Source: a virus. Taken from it: a stretch of DNA of 64,000 nucleotides. Below are positions 29,967 through 39,403 of this stretch, one piece after another; the first letter of the stretch is position 1, and the number at the start of each line of letters is the position of its first letter. Both the position numbers and the translations under genes were made by a program. The stretch is from the IMG/VR virus record IMGVR_UViG_3300021961_005592, positions 51,210 to 115,209 of that record. One strand, 5' to 3'. The notes under the pieces were generated by a model, which saw nothing but the letters and a program-made list of their open reading frames with translations, made no database searches and was not told the DNA's origin.

Positions 29967-31230
29967 AAAAATATACGATTCGATAAGTTATATATTTCCT
30001 AACGGTGTTAGAGCAGATATAGACAGCAAGTTTGACGAAACTAAATTTATATTTCCAACAGCTGAAGTTTGGCGTTGCTATCCTGATGACTTGCTATGGT
30101 ACGTAGAAAAAATAAAACTTAAACAGTCTCAGTTATCCTGGATTCTTGCCAATCACGCTTTGGAATTACCACAGTTGTCAACAATTTTTTATGATGATAA
30201 GACTGTTGAACATTTAAATAAAAACGGATTACATATTATACTATTAGAGAATCTTTTAAAGTATGACGGTCCTAAAATTAACTTGGATAGATATACACTT
30301 GAAGAAGTTCTTCCTACTTTAGAAAATAACGGTGCTGTAATAGGAAAGTTTCAAAATCCAAAAGCAATGCAGTTAGATAGTGTACAGGATCTTATAGATA
30401 ACAATCGTCTAACTAATGTAACTGTATATGTGTGTGAAAAGGATGTTGATACATTTTTTCACAAGTACAATATGTACACAACAATGAAGTTTGTATGGAA
30501 AGATTTTTATCTATTACAAGATTTAGAAAAATTTAATAGCACCGATGATATACCTAAGAAAGATATCAAATATACGTTTGTGAATTCTAATTGGCGTTAT
30601 GACACATTTAGACATGTTATAGCAGCATATCTTTCTAATTATAATTCTAAGTTAAGTTGGTATTACACTAGTACACAAGAAGATTTTAAAAATTTATTAT
30701 GGTTTAATCCGCCTCAGAGTTTAATAAACGGATTTGAAAAACTAAATCAGCGTACCCCTATTAATCTCGATAAACATATTACAACAGCAACACCTGTAAC
30801 AGGATCATTGATTGATAGGTTTTCTAAGTTGCCAACTACCGATTTTTTTCCAAATTCGATTAACAGTAACATATATGAAGGTGTATTTTGTAGCATAGTT
30901 TCAGAGTCTGGGTTCTTTGACGAAACAGCGTATGTTACTGAAAAAACAATGTGGAGCATTTTTAATTTAATGCCTTTTGTTATTGTAGGACCACCCGGGG
31001 CATTAGCTGCGTTAAAAGATTTAGGATTTAAAACATTTGATAAATGGTGGGACGAAGGTTACGATAATGAAAAAGATCATGCTGAACGTATAATTAAAAT
31101 ATTTAAGCTTATAGATTATATTGCGTCCTTGCCTAAGGATGTTCAAGCCAGTGTTACCAAAGAAATGAACGAAACGCTGCTATATAATAAGCAGCGCCTA
31201 CAAAATTTACACAAAGATATAACCCTATGA
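29941..31230 (+). CDS. Glycosyltransferase-like protein (same family as 1309..2544)
   Basis: IVSES...VTEKT..SI....PFVIVG....L..L..LGFKTFD..WDEGYD. Confidence 0.55.
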   Translation: MLVEPLILEKIYDSISYIFPNGVRADIDSKFDETKFIFPTAEVWRCYPDDLLWYVEKIKLKQSQLSWILANHALELPQLSTIFYDDKTVEHLNKNGLHIILLENLLKYDGPKINLDRYTLEEVLPTLENNGAVIGKFQNPKAMQLDSVQDLIDNNRLTNVTVYVCEKDVDTFFHKYNMYTTMKFVWKDFYLLQDLEKFNSTDDIPKKDIKYTFVNSNWRYDTFRHVIAAYLSNYNSKLSWYYTSTQEDFKNLLWFNPPQSLINGFEKLNQRTPINLDKHITTATPVTGSLIDRFSKLPTTDFFPNSINSNIYEGVFCSIVSESGFFDETAYVTEKTMWSIFNLMPFVIVGPPGALAALKDLGFKTFDKWWDEGYDNEKDHAERIIKIFKLIDYIASLPKDVQASVTKEMNETLLYNKQRLQNLHKDITL

Positions 31231-31751
31231 CGGCTAAGTTTGATACTTTTAATTGGCTAGAGACATATATGATTGACGAGGTCCCACATAATGATGTTTG
31301 GGAAAACTTTGCCACGAGTAACAAGTTAAAGTTAGAGGAACAGTATCGCAACCTCAATATGCCAAAAGAGTGTTCTAAGCACTATATGGCATTACAACCT
31401 GAACTAAGCCAAGACTTAAAAAAGTATTTAGAACCGTTTAGTGACAAAATGCATCACTTTAACTTTTTAAAGCTTACGCCGGGTTATAATTTATGGTGGC
31501 ATTATGATAGTTATTCTACATTTATTCGTTACAACAATATAACAGAGTTGCAAGCAGAAAATATTAACAGAACTATCGTAATGCTTACTCCTTGGACACA
31601 CGGTCAAATATTACAAATAGGTGACAATGCACATATTAATTGGACAGTTGGAGATACATATACCTGGAATGCATATACTTGGCATGGTGTTGGAAACTTT
31701 AGTTTTACTGATTTTGTAGTAATGCAAATTACTTGGATAGACAATGAGTAA
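31227..31751 (+). CDS. 2OG-Fe(II) oxygenase-like protein, paralog of 29457..29966
   Basis: PG..L.WHYD ... WHGVGN. Confidence 0.65.
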   Translation: MTAKFDTFNWLETYMIDEVPHNDVWENFATSNKLKLEEQYRNLNMPKECSKHYMALQPELSQDLKKYLEPFSDKMHHFNFLKLTPGYNLWWHYDSYSTFIRYNNITELQAENINRTIVMLTPWTHGQILQIGDNAHINWTVGDTYTWNAYTWHGVGNFSFTDFVVMQITWIDNE

Positions 31752-32670
31752 GTATCAATACGATAATAAACATTTGCCATTTGGACACTCTAAAGCAATA
31801 GAAGATTTAGAAGTACAAACGTTGTTAAACAACATCAATTTTAAATTTACTGATGTATTGTCTAACTCTAACATAAACAAACAATTTTGTTCTGAATATT
31901 TAAATTGGATAAAATCTAGCAATTTAAATTTAATTTACGGACTAGATGATTATAGCTATGCAGTTTTTTCGCAAGGCACGTCGGAAGCATTTGATAAATT
32001 TTATTTAAAAAATAGCAAACGTCGTTTTCGCTGCTTTAAAGGCGAGTACTTGTATCATAAATTAGCATGGAGAGACAGTTATGATTGGGCATACATTGAA
32101 GATGATTTTTTAGACAGTAATGATGCTGTAATTATTAGTATTCCATTTGCAGATACCGGGTCTAAACACTTAGAAACAGAATCGATACTTTGTAAATGCA
32201 CACAGTTAGGAATACCAGTATTAATTGATTGTGCTTACTATTCGATTAGTAGTAATGTAAGAGTTGATTTAACACACCCGTGTATAACAGATGTTACATT
32301 TAGTCTTAGCAAAATGTTTCCGGTAGCACATGCTAGAATAGGCTTGAGATTAACTAGAGAAGATTGCGATGACTTGTTATTTGTATATGACAAAGCAGAA
32401 TATACAAATAGGATTAGCGCAGCTATTGGATTAGAGCTTATACGTAAATTTCCAGCAGATTACATTGTAAACAAATATAAAACAATACAAGAAAAATACT
32501 GTGAACACTTAAAAGTATTTCCTAGTGACACAGTACTTTTTGGGCTAGCACCAAAAGAAAAATATACAGAATATAATCGAGGATGCAATACTAATAGATT
32601 AGGATTGCATAACTTTTTAAACAAAGATATAAAATTTTTAGAAGGAGCCGTAAATGGCAGTACAAAGTAA
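31744..32670 (+). CDS. PLP-dependent aminotransferase-like protein (fold I)
   Basis: G.SEAF, P...TG, LIDCAY, FSLSK.F....RIG. Confidence 0.7.
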   Translation: MSKYQYDNKHLPFGHSKAIEDLEVQTLLNNINFKFTDVLSNSNINKQFCSEYLNWIKSSNLNLIYGLDDYSYAVFSQGTSEAFDKFYLKNSKRRFRCFKGEYLYHKLAWRDSYDWAYIEDDFLDSNDAVIISIPFADTGSKHLETESILCKCTQLGIPVLIDCAYYSISSNVRVDLTHPCITDVTFSLSKMFPVAHARIGLRLTREDCDDLLFVYDKAEYTNRISAAIGLELIRKFPADYIVNKYKTIQEKYCEHLKVFPSDTVLFGLAPKEKYTEYNRGCNTNRLGLHNFLNKDIKFLEGAVNGSTK

Positions 32671-33712
32671 TAACGATTGGGATCCATTAGAAGAGATCTT
32701 TGTAGGTACAGCAAAAGGTGCTGTACTTCCTACTATGAACGCAAGTGTAAGAAGTTTTTCTTATGCTACTTATAGTGAGGAAGAATTAAAAGATCTAGAA
32801 GGACCCCACGATAAACAAATTATGGAAGAAGCTGAAGAAGATTTAGATATTCTTGCCAATACACTAACTAAATTAGGTATCAAAGTACATCGCCCTACTC
32901 CTATGGATCATAGTGTAGAGTTTAGTAGTCCAGACTGGACTACAACTGGTTGGTATAGTTTTTGTCCACGAGATTTATTATTGCCTTTAGATAATATTAT
33001 TTTAGAGTGTAGTAGTCCAATGAGGGCAAGACAATATGAAACTAGAGTGTATTATGATTACTTGTATCAACAAATGAAAGAAGGCACTCAATGGATTAAA
33101 AGTCCGTCACCTATACTAAAAGATGACTTATATCAATTTGAAGATTTAAGTGTGCCTACGGTTAAAAATAACGAAATAGTTTGGGAAGCACCAAATGTAG
33201 TCCGCTTAGGCAGAGACTTGTTATATCAACATAGCAATACCGGAAGCATATTGGGATTTGAATGGTTGAAAACTATACTTGAACCTAGAGGCTACCGAGT
33301 GCATCTTGCAGAAGATTTTTATTTTTTTGCACACTTTGATAGTACTGTTATTCCGTTGCGCCCTGGACTAGTTATGTTCAATGCTGAACGTTGCAGACCA
33401 GATCACTATCCAAAGATATTTAAAAACTGGGATAAGATATTTGTAGGTATGGATGACTTAGTTGCACCTAGCTGTAACTTGCCAAACGGTGTAAGCCCTT
33501 GCTCTCCATGGATTGGAATGAATTTGCTAAGTATTAATGAAAATTGTGTAGTAATTGACAAAGATCAAGAACCATTAATGCGTATACTAGACAAGCACGG
33601 TATTGAAAGTGTGCCGTGTCCTGCAAGACAAGCTCGTAGTATGAGCGGTGGCTTCCATTGTAATACCCTAGACGTTAAGCGCAAAGGCGGCTTACAAGAC
33701 TATTTTGGCTAA
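32654..33712 (+). CDS. Amidinotransferase (glycine / inosamine-phosphate amidinotransferase family)
   Basis: NDWDPLEE..VG, CPRD, HFDST..PL.PG, W.GMN.LS, GGFHC.TLD. Confidence 0.9.
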   Translation: MAVQSNNDWDPLEEIFVGTAKGAVLPTMNASVRSFSYATYSEEELKDLEGPHDKQIMEEAEEDLDILANTLTKLGIKVHRPTPMDHSVEFSSPDWTTTGWYSFCPRDLLLPLDNIILECSSPMRARQYETRVYYDYLYQQMKEGTQWIKSPSPILKDDLYQFEDLSVPTVKNNEIVWEAPNVVRLGRDLLYQHSNTGSILGFEWLKTILEPRGYRVHLAEDFYFFAHFDSTVIPLRPGLVMFNAERCRPDHYPKIFKNWDKIFVGMDDLVAPSCNLPNGVSPCSPWIGMNLLSINENCVVIDKDQEPLMRILDKHGIESVPCPARQARSMSGGFHCNTLDVKRKGGLQDYFG

Positions 33713-33724
33713 GGAATAATTCGT

Positions 33725-35209
33725 ATGCATCACTGTTTAATTTTTAATGTATCGTGTGACGATATTATAAGAGGATTCGGAACTTATAGAATAGCACACT
33801 ATCTTAGACAGCATAACTGGGATGCAGAAACTGTTGATTATACTATAAGTTGGAAACTTGAAGAATTAAAAGAATTTGTAAAATCTCGAATAAATGCTAA
33901 TACTAAATTTATAGGTTTTGGGCATATTTTTGCATACTGGACGCCAACATTGGAAGCATTTACTAAATGGATTAAAGAAACATATCCTAATGTTTATCTA
34001 TTGGCAGGAATGCAAGGATTTCCTACATATGATGCTAACTATATCGATTATTACATTATAGGACATGGCGAGAAGGCACTAATATCTTTATTATCCCAGT
34101 TGTTTAGTAACGGTGAAGTTGTGCAAATTCACAAGTTTCCTTGGTCCAACAAAAAAGTTATCTTGGCTAATAGTGTACACAGTCCATATTCTTCAGGGTT
34201 AATGACAAACTTAGAAGTACAATATGAAGACAGAGACTTTATAAGAGAAGGCGAATGGCTCACTATGGAGTTTTCAAGAGGTTGCAAATTTGCATGTAAA
34301 TTTTGCGATTTTCCTTACCTAAGTGCTAAAGGCAATTATATTTCTGCAAAGGAAAGTTTTGTAACTCAAATGAAAGAAAACTATGATAGATTTGGTGTAA
34401 AAAATTATATTGTTGCAGATAACACTTTTAATGATACTACTGAAAAAATAAGAACTTATGCAGAAGGTGTCCAAGAGTTAGACTTTGATCCATTTTTTGC
34501 AGGATTTATACGTGCTGATCTTCTCATAAGCAGGCCACAAGATAAAGAACTTTTATTAAACATGGGATTTCTTGGTCACGCTTATGGAATTGAAACTCTT
34601 AATCATGAAAGCGGTAAGTCAATAGGTAAAGGAATGGACCCTGAAAAAACTAAGCAAGGCTTTTATGATATCTATAACTATTTTAATAATAACGGTCGTA
34701 AGTTATTTGCATCAACTCTTTCTTTTATAGTTGGTCTTCCTTATGAAACAAGGGAAACTATGATGTATACAGCAGAATGGATTAGAAACTTGCCGCCTGA
34801 AGTATCTATAACTATACATCCATTAATAATTCCTAAAAACGTTTATGGTGCCGCTTCTGCTTTTACACTAGATTGGAAAAAATATGGATATAGAGAAAGG
34901 ACTGTAGTAAACAGCGATACTTATCAAGAAGCTATTTTTAGAGACCCGTCTAGAAATGCAGTCTACTGGGAAAATGATTATATGACAATGGATGAAGCTT
35001 TGGAAATTGCAAAGTCAATATCAGCAGGATTTCTTAATAATAATTCTATGACTGATATTTGGATGCTTGCAACAAATGCAATGCACGGAAAAGAAGTTGA
35101 AGAAAGATTAAAGACTCCTACTTACGAATATGACGGGCCGGACGGAAGAGTGAATACAGATGCTTTTACAAGGCAATATATTCAGAGTAAACTAAATTGG
35201 AAACCTTAA
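33725..35209 (+). CDS. Cobalamin-binding radical SAM protein
   Basis: N-terminal B12-like domain (GHGE), EFSRGCKFACKFC, D.TFND, GIET, FIVGLPYET. Confidence 0.85.
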   Translation: MHHCLIFNVSCDDIIRGFGTYRIAHYLRQHNWDAETVDYTISWKLEELKEFVKSRINANTKFIGFGHIFAYWTPTLEAFTKWIKETYPNVYLLAGMQGFPTYDANYIDYYIIGHGEKALISLLSQLFSNGEVVQIHKFPWSNKKVILANSVHSPYSSGLMTNLEVQYEDRDFIREGEWLTMEFSRGCKFACKFCDFPYLSAKGNYISAKESFVTQMKENYDRFGVKNYIVADNTFNDTTEKIRTYAEGVQELDFDPFFAGFIRADLLISRPQDKELLLNMGFLGHAYGIETLNHESGKSIGKGMDPEKTKQGFYDIYNYFNNNGRKLFASTLSFIVGLPYETRETMMYTAEWIRNLPPEVSITIHPLIIPKNVYGAASAFTLDWKKYGYRERTVVNSDTYQEAIFRDPSRNAVYWENDYMTMDEALEIAKSISAGFLNNNSMTDIWMLATNAMHGKEVEERLKTPTYEYDGPDGRVNTDAFTRQYIQSKLNWKP

Positions 35210-35994
35210 TGAATAAAATAGCAATATTTGGAGATAGTTTTGCTACTAGGACATATACTGAAGAATCACCAACCGCTGAAGGATTTTTAAAAGAGATATA
35301 TGCACTGTGTAATAAAGTCTATAATAAAAAAGAAATAGATACTCTAAAGCGTAATTGGGGTAAAAGATACCATCCTTGGGTAGACTTGTTAGACGCCGAT
35401 GTTTTTGGCGCAAGCGGAAGTGATTTATATTACAGTTATAACCAGTTTATTAACAATCACAAAAAATATAATAAATGTATTTTTGTTATAACAAGTCCTT
35501 TAAGATATAGTTCAAATATACACGGATGGCTACACGGTGCTTCTATAGAAGATGCACTAGAAGGGATAAAATTTTCTAAGGGAAATTCTTTTAAGCAGTA
35601 CTACACATCTCTTGCAGATTTTTTTAAAAACATTTATTATAAAGATATTGATAGGATTGAATTAATAAATCAAGCAATGATTGATAGTATTACGTTTAAA
35701 CGACCTGATACAATTTTTATTAACGCATTTCCTGATTTAAAAAATGTATATGAGTTAGAATTAAAAGCGTGGAATTTAACACACGATGAAAGTCAAGATT
35801 ATAACAAATATTTTGATTTAAGACAATGTCATATGACAAACGACAATAATAGAATACTTGCTAAGTTTGTTTTGGATAATTTAGATAAAAGTGGAGTATT
35901 AGATCTATCTAGCATACAGTGGAAAGTACCTAGTATGGAAGATAGATCTTATTACTTACCGAATACTACGGACCTTTTTGCTAGATTGATCTAA
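35209..35994 (+). CDS. SGNH-like protein
   Basis: IFGDSF, SGS, R.CH.T..NN. Confidence 0.55.
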   Translation: MNKIAIFGDSFATRTYTEESPTAEGFLKEIYALCNKVYNKKEIDTLKRNWGKRYHPWVDLLDADVFGASGSDLYYSYNQFINNHKKYNKCIFVITSPLRYSSNIHGWLHGASIEDALEGIKFSKGNSFKQYYTSLADFFKNIYYKDIDRIELINQAMIDSITFKRPDTIFINAFPDLKNVYELELKAWNLTHDESQDYNKYFDLRQCHMTNDNNRILAKFVLDNLDKSGVLDLSSIQWKVPSMEDRSYYLPNTTDLFARLI

Positions 35995-36903
35995 TACGCT
36001 TTTCCAAATATCAATAGTATAGTCAACACCATCACTTAGACTAACTTTAGGTCCCCAACCTGTAATACTAGTAATTAATCTATGATTGCTGTTTAACCAA
36101 TATATTTCACCTGGGCGCACTGGTTTAGTATCCCAGACTACTTCTCCCCTCCAATCAATCTTATCTGCAATCATATTAACATAATCTTTAATCTTGATAG
36201 GATTGTCAGGACCAATTGTAAAGATATATCCGTTATTTACTTTAGCAGGGTTATTAATAACTGTACACCATGCATCTAGCAAATCGTCAATAAAAATAAA
36301 GTTGCGATAAGGTTCACCGTATCCTAATCCTATACGTTCTGGATTTTTTAACATCTGTGTTATGATTTGCTCAGTAACAAAGAAGTCGTTGTCCTTTCGA
36401 CCGTAACTATTAGTTTGACGTATAGCTGTAAAAGGAAGACCTAAACTTCTGTGTGCGTATTCTAAATATTTTTCACATCCGTATTTTGCAACAGCATAAG
36501 GTGCATTAGGATTAGGAGTTGTATTTTCGTCAAATGCAATAAATCGTTTGGGGATTATGTTTTCTTTAACTTCGTCACTTATAGGTTGCCATCCATACAC
36601 TTCCATAGTACTTGCAAATACAAAGTTCTTTAAATTTTTAACTTTGCTTGCAGCCTCTATTAGATTTACAGTTCCTACATAGTTAATTTGACTAAATGTG
36701 ATTTGCTCATAGAAGCTATTTTCAACTTCTGTTCGAGCTGCTAAGTGAATAATAATGTCAGGTTTAACGCTGTTAACTTCTTGCTGAACAGCGTCAAACT
36801 CTAATAGATTGCTTTTTAAATGAAATAATTCATGATCTTTTTCTAAACGTGGAGTTAGATGTTGACCAATGAATCCAGATGAACCTGTTAATAATATACG
36901 CAT
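35956..36903 (-). CDS. NAD-dependent nucleotide-sugar epimerase/dehydratase
   Basis: TGSSGFIG, HLAA, STMEVYG, YAVAK (YxxxK), R.F.F.DD. Confidence 0.9.
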   Translation of the reverse strand: MRILLTGSSGFIGQHLTPRLEKDHELFHLKSNLLEFDAVQQEVNSVKPDIIIHLAARTEVENSFYEQITFSQINYVGTVNLIEAASKVKNLKNFVFASTMEVYGWQPISDEVKENIIPKRFIAFDENTTPNPNAPYAVAKYGCEKYLEYAHRSLGLPFTAIRQTNSYGRKDNDFFVTEQIITQMLKNPERIGLGYGEPYRNFIFIDDLLDAWCTVINNPAKVNNGYIFTIGPDNPIKIKDYVNMIADKIDWRGEVVWDTKPVRPGEIYWLNSNHRLITSITGWGPKVSLSDGVDYTIDIWKSVLDQSSKKVRSIR

Positions 36904-36905
36904 TC

Positions 36906-36936
36906 AATACCCCGCTATATTATATAGCGAGATATT
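36906..36936 (-). promoter_or_regulatory. Hairpin covering the RBS of the epimerase gene
   Basis: AATATCTCGCTATA-TAA-TATAGCGGGGTATT, 14-bp stem with two GU pairs, ending 2 nt before ATG. Confidence 0.45.
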
Positions 36937-38161
36937 AATTTAATGATACCCAAGCTGATCCAGTGTAACCTTGGAATTGTGGAGTACCTGCACCGTCACC
37001 GTTTGTTACAAAACAAACCATTCCTGCTTCAACAACACCTGGTGGTAGCGCAGTGTCTCGTTCAGATGTATCAGCGAATGCTGCATATTTTGTTACAGTT
37101 GTGCCAAGATGTCCATATGAGTTAATATAGGTATCAGTGTTAAATCCACCGTTGGCAGAAGAAACGCCAAATATAAATTTTGCTGGTAGATCATTGTTAA
37201 CTGTTGGAGTATCAATTTGTCCTAATAAAGCTATTTTAGGAGTATAATCAACCCCGTCATGTGCTGACATTACGTAGTTGCCTATGTAATCGCCTGCTTG
37301 AAGAGATGTAGGAGTAAGTCTAGTACCTCTAGAACTCATAACTGTTATTGTTGGTAGGTTGCTAACCCCTCCATCGTTTTCACTTCTAAGAACACTAAGC
37401 ACATCACCGTTTACGGTAACAGTATCTAATAAGCTAGATGGGTTACCTATTGAAAGAATTCCTGCAGGTACTTCAATAGTATTACTAGCTATATTAATTG
37501 AACCATTAGATAGTATACTGTTTACACCGTCTACCATTAATGTGCTGTCGTCAGCAAATACACTGCCTACAACGTCACCAACAACATTACCCGTTACATT
37601 ACCTGTAACATTACCTGTAACATCGCCATTAAGGCTAGCGTAAACTCTTGCATTGTCGCTGTCAACTATAACAGTGTCACCGGCTGTGTTACGAACGCTT
37701 CCGTAAAAACGATGGAAATCAGCACTTAAAACAGGATCTCCGGCGTTGTCTTCAATTTGGAGGTGATAACTGTTGCCTGGAACAATTCCAGATCCGCTGC
37801 TATCGTCAACTCCAACAACCCAACTTGCGCCATCATATTTTAAAACACTTCCAAAAACAGCACCAGTAGTACTTACATCAACTAAATCTCCAATACCATG
37901 AACTAGACTTGCTTCAGCTTGGGCTACCCATTTTGACCCATCATACTTTAGCACGTCTCCCAATATTGGAGCAGATGTTAAATCAACATCTGTTAGATCA
38001 TCCATACCGTAAACTGCGCCAGTGTTTACCAAATTACCGCCCAATGTAAATCCGTCACCAACATATAAGCGTTTGGTGTCGGTAGCATAGATTAGCTCAC
38101 CGTCTTGCGGTGTAATTAGCTGACGTTGTGCGTCTGTTCCACGTCTTAGTCGTAATGCCAT
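36935..38161 (-). CDS. Tail fibre / virion appendage protein with Mtd-like N-terminal domain
   Basis: MALRLRRGT...GELIYATDTKRLYVGDG; two DL.DV...VLKYDG..WV repeats; G(N/D)V(T/V) repeats; Gly/Ser/Thr-rich; CATAAATA upstream. Confidence 0.7.
   Translation of the reverse strand: MALRLRRGTDAQRQLITPQDGELIYATDTKRLYVGDGFTLGGNLVNTGAVYGMDDLTDVDLTSAPILGDVLKYDGSKWVAQAEASLVHGIGDLVDVSTTGAVFGSVLKYDGASWVVGVDDSSGSGIVPGNSYHLQIEDNAGDPVLSADFHRFYGSVRNTAGDTVIVDSDNARVYASLNGDVTGNVTGNVTGNVVGDVVGSVFADDSTLMVDGVNSILSNGSINIASNTIEVPAGILSIGNPSSLLDTVTVNGDVLSVLRSENDGGVSNLPTITVMSSRGTRLTPTSLQAGDYIGNYVMSAHDGVDYTPKIALLGQIDTPTVNNDLPAKFIFGVSSANGGFNTDTYINSYGHLGTTVTKYAAFADTSERDTALPPGVVEAGMVCFVTNGDGAGTPQFQGYTGSAWVSLN
37564..37628 (-). 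repeat. 12-bp coding tandem repeat (GDVT-GNVT-GNVT-GNVV-GDVV)
   Basis: ACATTACC(T/C)GT(A/T) units on the + strand. Confidence 0.8.
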
Positions 38162-38191
38162 TCGTATAACTCCTGATGTACTTTATATATG

Positions 38192-38199
38192 TATTTATG
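38192..38199 (-). promoter_or_regulatory. Late-type promoter CATAAATA
   Basis: Upstream of the tail-fibre SD (AGGAG). Confidence 0.5.
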
Positions 38200-38213
38200 T
38201 CTTTTAAAAAGAA

Positions 38214-38525
38214 TTACAACCTACGTTTCATAAAACGCTTGGTATGTATCTGTACATCTTTCTTAACTTTGGCAGTGTTTAAGTTAAACTCCACACTTTC
38301 TATAAGATCATCGTGCTCGTTGAAGAATTCTTCCAAAGATTCTTCTAATTCTTCAACAGTAGAACCTTTATTTTTGTTCATTTCAATACACCACTTATTT
38401 CCATCTTTAAAATTTACATTTATTGCATGTAAATATTTTATAGGAATAGCACGTATTTCTACATCGTTAAAAATTTCGGGCCAGTGATCTATAATGCTTC
38501 TTGGAAACTTATTAGTTTTGGGCAC
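38214..38525 (-). CDS. Hypothetical phage protein
   Basis: 103-aa ORF overlapping the upstream gene's stop. Confidence 0.7.
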   Translation of the reverse strand: MPKTNKFPRSIIDHWPEIFNDVEIRAIPIKYLHAINVNFKDGNKWCIEMNKNKGSTVEELEESLEEFFNEHDDLIESVEFNLNTAKVKKDVQIHTKRFMKRRL

Positions 38526-39111
38526 TTGTTTTTAGCTTCTTAGTAGGAGCAAGTTCCTCTGCTTGTTCGCGAAGTCTTTTTGCTTCTTTAAACATAGCAT
38601 CTGCTTGTGATCTATACTGTGCAGCAAGTGCTTCGTCACTAAGCGGACTATCTACAGATGCAATAGTCACAGTTTCTTCGGCAGTATTTACAACGGTATT
38701 TTCTGGTGCTTTTTTTACAGTAGGACCCTGTAGTGCTAGATCAGATACAGATACACCTTTTTGTTGTGCAATTGCTTCGTTTAAGTCTTTTAGAAGAACA
38801 GAAGTTCTCATATTAGGCGTCATTTCTACTTCAGAAGTTGATAATTTAACCATCTTTCCTGTTGCGTGAAATGCTGACAGCATAATACGCCCATCGGGTA
38901 ATCTAGTTCTTGCCATTACTTCAGCTAGTTCATTTGCATTTTGTCCTGCATCAGACTCGATTAATTTCATAAGAGTATCGTGTTCGTCAGCTTGCAAATT
39001 TTCAGTAGTAATAACAATACAATTTTCAGGCTCGTTTGGAACTACCCTGTATGCTACTATTACCTTTCTTTTATTTCTAACTATTCTTCCAACATGCTTT
39101 AAATCAGCCAT
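38512..39111 (-). CDS. Hypothetical phage protein with C-terminal coiled coil
   Basis: SD AAGGA; 199 aa. Confidence 0.75.
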   Translation of the reverse strand: MADLKHVGRIVRNKRKVIVAYRVVPNEPENCIVITTENLQADEHDTLMKLIESDAGQNANELAEVMARTRLPDGRIMLSAFHATGKMVKLSTSEVEMTPNMRTSVLLKDLNEAIAQQKGVSVSDLALQGPTVKKAPENTVVNTAEETVTIASVDSPLSDEALAAQYRSQADAMFKEAKRLREQAEELAPTKKLKTSAQN

Positions 39112-39128
39112 AGTTTTTTCCTTATGTT

Positions 39129-39365
39129 TTATTTATTTTGAGATGCAACTGCATTTAAGAACACTTCTAATTTTGTATATACTGTTCCTACGGCAGTCAT
39201 TTCGTTTGGTCTAAACGCACCTCTAGTACTAGCTACATCAATAATGCTTTTTAGAGCTTGTAGGTCTTGTACAGTTAGGTCCGGACCAGCAGACTGTTCT
39301 TCACCAACATGAGTTGTTGTGTTGGCTGCTGCTTTGGTTTCTTTTTCTACTTTGGTATCGCTCAT
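39129..39365 (-). CDS. Hypothetical phage protein
   Basis: SD AGGAG; CTAAATA at 39407-39401. Confidence 0.75.
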   Translation of the reverse strand: MSDTKVEKETKAAANTTTHVGEEQSAGPDLTVQDLQALKSIIDVASTRGAFRPNEMTAVGTVYTKLEVFLNAVASQNK

Positions 39366-39403
39366 AATTTAAACTCCTATAGTAATATATATGCGCACTT
39401 TAT

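Noticed and set aside
32654-33712. Amidinotransferase as the archaeosine-forming enzyme
   Set aside because: Known archaeosine synthases are ArcS, QueF-like or Gat-QueC proteins, not pentein-fold enzymes, and this gene is about 12 kb from the que cluster.
36935-38161. Diversity-generating retroelement target, given the Mtd-like N-terminus
   Set aside because: No reverse transcriptase and no template/variable repeat pair in the window.
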